From positions 1-42,077 of IMG/VR virus record IMGVR_UViG_3300043447_000048: 42,077 nucleotides of DNA. One strand, given 5' to 3'. The DNA comes from a virus (Duplodnaviria; Caudoviricetes). The position numbers and the translations under genes are program-made. Of the stretch, positions 10,201 to 16,825 are shown piece by piece; within the stretch, counting starts at the first letter, position 1; the number at the start of each line of letters is the position of its first letter. The notes beneath the pieces are model-generated. The model saw only the letters and a list, made by a program, of their open reading frames with translations, was not told where the DNA came from and ran no database searches.

Positions 10201-11418
10201 AAAGATTCTGGATATTCAGGTAGAAGTAAGGGCTTTAATAAAAAGTTTGGTATGCAGCCTAGTCATCATAGTACTATGGTTGTAGGATACAGTGAAGATG
10301 GAGAACCTTTAGTATATGACGGTGCTTTAAAGAAGTACATGACTTTAACAGAAGCAAAGCAAAATATTTCTAGTAAATTTGGTTATGAGTTAGAAAATAT
10401 TTCTGCGCCTAAGTCCGTATTAAATAATACACAAGATACTCTTAAGAGTCAAGGTATATTACTTAATTATATTCCACCAACTAATATTAATCCTAATAAG
10501 ATTTTAAGTGCTGCTAATCAACCCTGGGCTCAAATTCCAGAAGGATCTTCAAAGAGAGCTCCTAGATTTAATAAGCAAATGATGACTGAATTTAATTCAG
10601 CTTTATTAAATAACAAGGGTGAACTAATGCGTAACTTAAATATTAGTTCTGAAAAATACGATGAGCTTTCTAAAGTTGCTTTAGCTATTTCTGCTCAAGA
10701 GAGTGAGGGTGGTGGAGCATTAGGTTTTGTAGAAGGTTCTACTGTAGGTATGACTCAGTTAAATCCTGACAACATATTTAAAGATGACAAATTAAAAAAG
10801 ATTGCTAGTAAACCATACATGTTAAATAGCAGTTCTGCTTTTGGTAATAACAATATTTTAAATGCTGAAATCATTAGAAATTCACCAAGTGCATCAGCTG
10901 TAGCTACAATGATTTATTTATCTAAATTAGATAAAGATGCTCAGAGATATTATAATGAAGGTAAAGCTGGTAAAACAAGAAGCTTTAGTAAGAATTCTAA
11001 TATTCTAAAAGATGCTATTAGAACTAATACAGCTAAGTATAATGCTGACGGATTCTTTGTTGAAGAAGCTAATAAAAGAGTTGACTTATCTTCTTTTGAA
11101 GGAGGTGTATTTAGTTCACCAGATCCAGTTGGAGCTCAAAAACTACTTAATAAAATAGCGGGTGGTGATAAATATAAAGTATCCGTTAAAAATGGAGAAC
11201 TTGTTGTTGATGTAAAAACAAAAGGAAATGCTAATTTGTCTACTCCTGAAATAATAGCTTATGCGTGGCAGTCACCAAATACTTTAAAATATGGCGATGC
11301 TCAAGGTGATAGTGTTTATACTAGAAGAATTAAAAACTACTATGACTTATTAAATAATAGTACTCCAACTTATAAAAAAGAAGGTGGTGAAACAGGTTGG
11401 CTTAACAAATACAAATAA
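7243..11418 (+). CDS. Modular virion cargo protein with C-terminal CHAP/NlpC-like and lytic transglycosylase-like domains
   Basis: 1391 aa with three GWL(D/N)(Q/K)Y linkers. Cys...His pattern GNCLE...IPVGAVVGWG...HHSTMVVG, followed by AISAQES...VGMTQL...ATMIYL...YTRRIKNYY resembling lysozyme/SLT motifs. Confidence 0.6.
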   Translation: MGKKKPIISPFGQWAYPGEVTIIPSSDITMKGVNYPVLGIDDLGNQQMMMPGQDYTFPGNYVTEYPQMGKGGQMIKRKDGSYSQRGLWDNIRANKGSGKKPTKQMLEQERKIKAKMKNGGWLDQYQDGSEVPSNIERMDPAIIKRKRSWFDKLKGYIHKGEKAIGLDPYNERSDDFMEQWARRINTATGGKDWYKQPNDASGAGGIGTAVMETVMAPFSAPQLASVYRATGKVQMPSEAMNIQNPVGSFLADAILDPTNLVGAGIAKNLGKGSLQNMVRSRMRGARPDLQRYVDNVSNELPAPPSELRLNENTGQFDAMYNTERPYFDQWMRTLNATSSPQDVADLFANPSGSIDLRKLKKNVKNKSGLTKEEILKNASLKDKEALSKMSESEFEETVLKPTGEIVRYNPGYDNDTIRGMYFWAPTRQNQLANASQLSYDEYANIFNSKLDVLNDIIAKNNKSGLEYKVKQLSPSGNLTFHTPSQIEKLPPNSDMLNTLRDRGFIDPAGNIDPRFQDYADRWGINGNRNIPEGESTWRLNINPGQWRGDVEDIPYAEYYKAIPGLNMKDTTASVFSDAMPRRGTGAYESINEYLKLMDLGRVKPGFNLQTQYSSGLWQDAIKKGKAYGYFHNPTTIYGSMKTVAPLAAGTAAASQLQEQRYGGWLNKYQDGGENLPELNSKIDIANFYKNPLSEKYGIYQDPEDNTYRYYLKSGKESSILESGPDLSNIDKQKLKEINAKKASLSEIELSNIQPVSSVILPKQREKILRDKLYYEQDDLMAETANEFPISPIKTPSYSEILESDPEFKKVMTEKPKPVAPIKPKPVSATDPVVPVNDAYRVITKPAVQKIVAKNNIVNLADFTITKSDLAYLNKVEQYCPGGNCLETTRNAYDMLAGRVQGIPTSSDIWSKDLNVHSKKGTPTAEDVKQYPYFAGDSGTGTVDSWDIHGVIVQQGGKNLFNINNPTPIDYKQIPVGAVVGWGPANAKDSGYSGRSKGFNKKFGMQPSHHSTMVVGYSEDGEPLVYDGALKKYMTLTEAKQNISSKFGYELENISAPKSVLNNTQDTLKSQGILLNYIPPTNINPNKILSAANQPWAQIPEGSSKRAPRFNKQMMTEFNSALLNNKGELMRNLNISSEKYDELSKVALAISAQESEGGGALGFVEGSTVGMTQLNPDNIFKDDKLKKIASKPYMLNSSSAFGNNNILNAEIIRNSPSASAVATMIYLSKLDKDAQRYYNEGKAGKTRSFSKNSNILKDAIRTNTAKYNADGFFVEEANKRVDLSSFEGGVFSSPDPVGAQKLLNKIAGGDKYKVSVKNGELVVDVKTKGNANLSTPEIIAYAWQSPNTLKYGDAQGDSVYTRRIKNYYDLLNNSTPTYKKEGGETGWLNKYK

Positions 11419-11423
11419 CTAAA

Positions 11424-13280
11424 ATGAAAGATAAATTTTTAAAAATGGCTGGTGTTAAATCTGAACAGGAGTTCTATAAGAAGTTCCCTACAGAAGAAGC
11501 ATTTTTTAAAGCCTATCCTAAAGCAAGAAAAATGCAAACTGGTGGTGGATTACAAGACCAGGAGATTTTTCAATATCCTAACTATGATGGTAATATGGTA
11601 GCTTACTATCAGAAAATGAATGAAGATAGAGCTAATAACCCTATGGGTGCTATTGGTGATTTTGTAGGTAATGCTGTTATGGCTGCTGGACAAGCTGCAG
11701 ATAATGCTCAAGGTAATGGTGAAGATATGGGTAACAAAATGCAAATGGCTAAATTAGCTATGAATGTTATGGGTATGCCAGCTATGCAAATGGGTGGTGT
11801 AGGTACTATGATGCGTGATAACTATTATGATGAGGGTGGTGAAATGGCTCTTGGTCAAGTAATGGCAATGCATGATAAACTATCTAGATTGCAGAAATTT
11901 ATAAATGGAGAAACTGAAATTGATCCTTGGGTTGCAAGTAAAATTACTTTAGCTGATGATTACTTAAATACTGTTGCTGATTATATGCAATATAATGAAG
12001 GTAATGAAGGAGAGGAAGAAGGAGAAGAGGAAGAAGAGGATATGGATTTAACTATGGGTGAGTTAAATGAAATGAAGAATGGTGGTATTCCTGAAAGATA
12101 TAGAAGCCGTGGTTTTACTAAAGTAGGTGTTAAGAGACAGTCTAATCGTCCTGGTAAGAAGTGGATGGTATTGGCTAAGAAAGGTGATAAGTATAAAATT
12201 GTACACGGTGGTTACAAAGGAATGAAAGACTTTAGCCAGCATGGTTCAGAGAAGCGTAAGAAGAATTTCTGGAATAGAATGGGTGGTAAAAATTCTAGTA
12301 AAGCTACAGATCCTTTTTCACCATTGTACTGGCATAAAAGATTTGGTACTTGGGCAGAAGGTGGTGAACCTAATAATGCCGGATTCCAAGCTTTACCTGA
12401 TTATGTACAAGCTAAGATTCTTTCTAATATGGCCTATGGTGGTATGACCTATCCATTTATGCAAGATGGTGGATCAACTTTAACTGAAGAGCAAAAAGCC
12501 GCTGCTGCAGCTGCTGCCGCTAAAAAGAAAAAGCGTAATGAAACAATGGCCACTGTTGGTGCTGCATTAGGTTCTATAGGTTTTATGGTTGGTAATGAAA
12601 TTAGGAATAGACAAGAGCAAGGAGGATTAGAGATATACAAAAACTCTAATGATCCAAGACTTGGTACTAGTGATCAGCCATCAAATAAAGAACTTCGTCA
12701 GCTGTATAGAAATAGAAAAATGTATGGTGGTGACGCAGATATGTATGGTGGAGAAATGGATATGGATGCTATGTACCAAATGATGAAAGGTGGTCAACCA
12801 TGTTATGAATGCGGAGGTAAAACTTATCAAGATGGTGGACAAGGACAAGATCAAGTTATGCAAGCCATTCAAATATATGCTCAAATGACTCAGGTGGATC
12901 CTAAACAACTTATTCAACAAATACAAGCATTACCACCTTTAGAGCAGCAAGAAGCTATTCAAAAGATTATGCAAGCTATTCAAGAGGCTCAATCTTCTCA
13001 AATGGCATATGGTGGTATAAACATTAATCCTGCTAATAAAGGAAAGTTTACAGCGTCTGCTAATAGAGCTGGTATGGGTGTGCAAGAGTTTGCTAGACAC
13101 GTACTTGCAAATAAAGAAGACTATAGCTCAACACAAGTAAAAAGAGCTAACTTTGCTAAAAATGCTGCTGGTTGGAAAAAACAAATGGGTGGTATGACAG
13201 AAGGCGCTGAATTAGAATTACATCCTGATGAGATTCAAAATCTTATTGATCAGGGTTATGGTATTGAGTACTTAGATTAA
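11424..13280 (+). CDS. Low-complexity modular internal virion protein with about 14 xxxGG motifs
   Basis: 618 aa, rich in Met/Gly/Gln, with acidic, poly-Ala and basic tracts. Short modules are separated by MQTGG, MQMGG, MKNGG, MAYGG, MQDGG, YQDGG and similar motifs. Confidence 0.6.
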   Translation: MKDKFLKMAGVKSEQEFYKKFPTEEAFFKAYPKARKMQTGGGLQDQEIFQYPNYDGNMVAYYQKMNEDRANNPMGAIGDFVGNAVMAAGQAADNAQGNGEDMGNKMQMAKLAMNVMGMPAMQMGGVGTMMRDNYYDEGGEMALGQVMAMHDKLSRLQKFINGETEIDPWVASKITLADDYLNTVADYMQYNEGNEGEEEGEEEEEDMDLTMGELNEMKNGGIPERYRSRGFTKVGVKRQSNRPGKKWMVLAKKGDKYKIVHGGYKGMKDFSQHGSEKRKKNFWNRMGGKNSSKATDPFSPLYWHKRFGTWAEGGEPNNAGFQALPDYVQAKILSNMAYGGMTYPFMQDGGSTLTEEQKAAAAAAAAKKKKRNETMATVGAALGSIGFMVGNEIRNRQEQGGLEIYKNSNDPRLGTSDQPSNKELRQLYRNRKMYGGDADMYGGEMDMDAMYQMMKGGQPCYECGGKTYQDGGQGQDQVMQAIQIYAQMTQVDPKQLIQQIQALPPLEQQEAIQKIMQAIQEAQSSQMAYGGININPANKGKFTASANRAGMGVQEFARHVLANKEDYSSTQVKRANFAKNAAGWKKQMGGMTEGAELELHPDEIQNLIDQGYGIEYLD

Positions 13281-13285
13281 TTGAT

Positions 13286-16200
13286 ATGAAAAGAAAAGTA
13301 AAGGTTAAAAGCTTACCAAAAGCTCAGTATGGATTTAATAATTTACCAGCACCTAAAGTGCTTCGTTCTGATTATTTAGAGACTTGGCAAAAGAATAATC
13401 CATATCCAGCTTTTGGTACCGCTCCTACAATTCCTACAATTCCTGCAGATGTATATGCTGGTAGTAATAATACTACAGGTAATTTTAATGTAGGGATGCC
13501 TAGTTTTGAAAGAAACGTTAATCCTTTTTTTTATGCAGATGCTTATCAAGGTAATCCAAATACCACCGGTTCATTAAGTGGTGGTACTGATCTTTTTGAA
13601 AAAGCTGGTAATACAATGTATGCTGATGTATACCAGGGTGATCCAAATACTACCGGTAACTTTAATGTAGGAATGCCTGAATTTAATCGGGAAGTATCAT
13701 TTCCATCAAGTTTATATCCTACTAAAAATAATCCTTTAAGTTTATATCCTAAAAATACTAAATTAAAGTCTGGTATTTTAAGTACTAATGAAGCTATTAG
13801 AAAATCTTATACAGATCAGATTCCTGAAGATACTAGGAAATTAATGGGTCTTGAACCTTATGGTGATCTTAAACCAAAAAAGTTTGAGCAAGAAACTAAT
13901 AATCCTTATGTAGGGCCCATGTTATTAGCTGGTACAGATGCATTTAGTTCTATTGCTAGAAAGATTCAAGATAGAAATGCAAAATCTAATTATAGAAATG
14001 AATTTTTATCTGATAACTTATATAATGTAAGACCTGAAGATTATCCAGGTAATAGAGGAGATTATTTAACTAACACACCAGGATTAGGTCCAGACTTTAG
14101 ACCTACTGATTATATATACGGTGACTATAATAAAATTGCCCAGATGGGTGGAGAAATGAAAAGAAAAGTAAAAATTACAAGTTTGCCACAGGCTGGTTAC
14201 GGTGGTACTCAAGATGCTAAAGCAGTTAATCAATTGTATGGTAACTCTGCTTATATGATGAACATGTTTAATGGTGCCACTAAAGGTGAGCCAGAAGAAC
14301 AGTATGGTCAAACATTACAGCCGGATCCTAGATCTATGTCTGTATTAGAAGCAGAGAAAGGAGAGACTTTAATACGTAAAGGTACTAATAGTACTATTCC
14401 TGAATTCTTTACTATAGGTGGTAAACGTCACTCAGAAGGTGGTACACCATTGTCTGGAGAAAAAGCTACACCAGATAGTTTTATTTACTCAGATACTAAA
14501 GCTATGAAGATTAAAGATCCTGCTATTTTAGAATCTTTTGGTTTCAAAACTAAGAAAGGTGGTTACACTCCAGCTAAAATTTCTAAGAAGTTTGATCTTA
14601 ATAATAAAGATCTGCGTGAAGGATTATATTCTGAGAATGATCCATTACGTAAAAAGACCGCTGTAATGGTTGCTGATAACTACATTTCTAATTTAGGTAA
14701 GTTAGCATTAGTACAAGAATCACAAAAAGGATTTCCTCAAGGTGTTCCAGAAATTGCTATGCCTTATATGGATAAAATAGGATTGGATCCTGCACAGTTC
14801 TTACCACCTTCTCCTGAAGAAGGTATGGCAATGGCTATGTATGGTGGTATGCCTAAAGCTCAAACTGGAGGACAATCAAATATTAAAGTAAATAGAAAAA
14901 ATCCATATACTGCAAATGACATTGAATTCAAAGATGGTAGATGGCAAATTAAACCTACTGCTAATATGCAAGCAGCTCCTTATAGTGTATCAGCAGTTAG
15001 CATGTCTCCTCAAAGATTTCAAGATTATACATTTAATGATCCGGAAGCTGCAATTGATTTAGTAATTAAATCTAGTGGTATTCCATCTTATTTAGAAAGA
15101 GTAGATAAAGGTAGACAAGAGTTTTTAAATAGTATTAATAAACCTTTTGCAACTCAACAACAACCTGCAGTTGCTCAAACACCTAAATCACAACCCGTTG
15201 TACAATCTAGACCTACTGCTGTTCAAACTCCAAAGCCTAAAGTTAATGTTGTTAAACCTGCAGCTTCACAAGCTACCCCATTAAGTATTGATGATCTTCT
15301 TAATCAGAAAATCAATGATATGGTAGATAAAGAATATGGTGGGGAATTAGAACAATATCAAACTGCTGGTCAAGTAACTGGTGAAAAAGAATTCGTAGAG
15401 GTTGTTACTTTACCAGATGGTAGTAAAGGTAAAAGAATTACTAGAGGTAATAGTGTAAGTATTGTAGATGCTACTGGTAATGTTTTAGGATCTAAAAATA
15501 TTGAACCAAACTTTAGAACTATTAATCCTGAAAAAATACAACAGTTAAAAGAAAAAGGAATTGATATTAATGTTCCTTCTAGATATGAAGGTAAAGAGTG
15601 GAGTGATACTCCAGGAAGACAAGGTGTTAGAGAAGGTCAAGGAACATATGGTGTTGAAGATTATTATAACCAAGAAAATAAATCTGATTTTAGTAAAAGA
15701 CAATCTAGATTTTTAGAGGCCTATCCTAATTTTAATCCAAAAACAGATAGTGGAGTTTTCCAAGGTTGGTATAATAATGATATTTATAATCAAGCTATTA
15801 AAGCAGGTTATAATCAACAAGAAGCGCAAGATTTAGTTAATCAATTTGGATTTGTAAAAGGATCAAAAGATCCTAATGCAATGGATGAAAAATTTGGACA
15901 TTATACTTGGTCTCGTCCTAGTATTAATATTAAACCAAAACCTACACCTCCAGAAGAACCACGTGAAGAAGTTCCTCCAGGAGAATTAGTTCCGCCTCCA
16001 CCAGTTAGAAGGAGACCTATTGGTTTCTATCCTCAAGATGTATTAAATGCTGCAACCGCATTTGGTGACTTAGCTGGTATTAATAAGTATAATCCTAGAA
16101 TGGTTCAGTTTAATGCAGAACCTATGAAGCCTACTTATTATGATCCTAATAGAGAGTTAGCTAATAACGCTGAGATGGTTAATATGGCTGCTCAACAACT

Positions 16201-16771
16201 AGCACAATTTACCGGACCACAAGCATTTAATTCTAGATTCTCAGATGTACAAGGTAAAGGTTTGGCTAATGCTGCCAATATTGAATCTAAGTATAATAAT
16301 TTAAACGTTGGTGTAGCTAATCAATTTGAACAAGCTAATAAGCAATTGATTAACGAAACTAACTTTAGAAATCAACTTGCTGCTAATGACTTCTATGATA
16401 AGAGTGTTGTTGCTAATCAACAATATGATAATGCTAGAAGACAAGGTAGAAGACAATCTGTAGATTATATTAATGCGGCATTAGAGAATAGATTCATGAC
16501 TGATCAGATGAATAGTTTATATCCTAATTATTTTGTGGATCCAGCATATCTTAAAACTTATTACACTCCTGGTAGACAGATTACTCCCCAGAAAAAAGGT
16601 CAGGATATGATGACTTATCTTGAATCAACTGGTATACCATTTGATTTTACAGATCCTGCAGTTCAAGCAGCTTTATTAAAAGGTATTATGGGTGATGTAA
16701 ATGTAGATGAGCGTGGTAACATTGCTACTGCACAAGCAGGACTTGCTAAAAGAAGGGGTAAGACTTCTTAA
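13286..16771 (+). CDS. Virion cargo/ejection protein
   Basis: 1161 aa, no Cys seen. Contains EAEKGE...GGKRHSEGGTPL...FIYSD, a motif I recognise from crAss-like cargo proteins, plus Pro-rich linkers and an Asn/Gln/Ala-rich helical C-terminus. Confidence 0.6.
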   Translation: MKRKVKVKSLPKAQYGFNNLPAPKVLRSDYLETWQKNNPYPAFGTAPTIPTIPADVYAGSNNTTGNFNVGMPSFERNVNPFFYADAYQGNPNTTGSLSGGTDLFEKAGNTMYADVYQGDPNTTGNFNVGMPEFNREVSFPSSLYPTKNNPLSLYPKNTKLKSGILSTNEAIRKSYTDQIPEDTRKLMGLEPYGDLKPKKFEQETNNPYVGPMLLAGTDAFSSIARKIQDRNAKSNYRNEFLSDNLYNVRPEDYPGNRGDYLTNTPGLGPDFRPTDYIYGDYNKIAQMGGEMKRKVKITSLPQAGYGGTQDAKAVNQLYGNSAYMMNMFNGATKGEPEEQYGQTLQPDPRSMSVLEAEKGETLIRKGTNSTIPEFFTIGGKRHSEGGTPLSGEKATPDSFIYSDTKAMKIKDPAILESFGFKTKKGGYTPAKISKKFDLNNKDLREGLYSENDPLRKKTAVMVADNYISNLGKLALVQESQKGFPQGVPEIAMPYMDKIGLDPAQFLPPSPEEGMAMAMYGGMPKAQTGGQSNIKVNRKNPYTANDIEFKDGRWQIKPTANMQAAPYSVSAVSMSPQRFQDYTFNDPEAAIDLVIKSSGIPSYLERVDKGRQEFLNSINKPFATQQQPAVAQTPKSQPVVQSRPTAVQTPKPKVNVVKPAASQATPLSIDDLLNQKINDMVDKEYGGELEQYQTAGQVTGEKEFVEVVTLPDGSKGKRITRGNSVSIVDATGNVLGSKNIEPNFRTINPEKIQQLKEKGIDINVPSRYEGKEWSDTPGRQGVREGQGTYGVEDYYNQENKSDFSKRQSRFLEAYPNFNPKTDSGVFQGWYNNDIYNQAIKAGYNQQEAQDLVNQFGFVKGSKDPNAMDEKFGHYTWSRPSINIKPKPTPPEEPREEVPPGELVPPPPVRRRPIGFYPQDVLNAATAFGDLAGINKYNPRMVQFNAEPMKPTYYDPNRELANNAEMVNMAAQQLAQFTGPQAFNSRFSDVQGKGLANAANIESKYNNLNVGVANQFEQANKQLINETNFRNQLAANDFYDKSVVANQQYDNARRQGRRQSVDYINAALENRFMTDQMNSLYPNYFVDPAYLKTYYTPGRQITPQKKGQDMMTYLESTGIPFDFTDPAVQAALLKGIMGDVNVDERGNIATAQAGLAKRRGKTS
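13445..13690 (+). repeat. Three degenerate in-frame tandem repeats (period 90 and 87 nt)
   Basis: ADVYAGSNNTTGNFNVGMPSFER (13445), ADAYQGNPNTTGSLSGG (13535), ADVYQGDPNTTGNFNVGMPEFNR (13622). Confidence 0.85.
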
Positions 16772-16797
16772 ATCTTAAAGGTTTAATAGTTTAACTT

Positions 16798-16823
16798 TAT
16801 ATTTGTTATATTTATAATATAGA
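16798..16823 (+). promoter_or_regulatory. Possible promoter upstream of the large-cargo/RNAP operon
   Basis: The 54-nt intergenic gap contains TATATTTG, matching the Bacteroidota -7 element TAnnTTTG. It overlaps a weaker (about 16/24) match to the motif at 446 and 40510. Confidence 0.4.
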
Positions 16824-16825
16824 TA

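Noticed and set aside
12498-12521. GCN trinucleotide run
   Set aside because: It encodes a poly-Ala linker with mixed codons and is not a pure microsatellite.
13525-13532. T8 homopolymer as a slippage or phase-variation site
   Set aside because: The reading frame is intact, such runs are expected in AT-rich DNA, and no useful alternative-frame product is evident.
13445-13690. CRISPR-like or DGR-like repeat
   Set aside because: The repeats are in-frame, degenerate at synonymous positions and encode a peptide repeat; there are no unique spacers, no adenine-specific variation and no reverse transcriptase.
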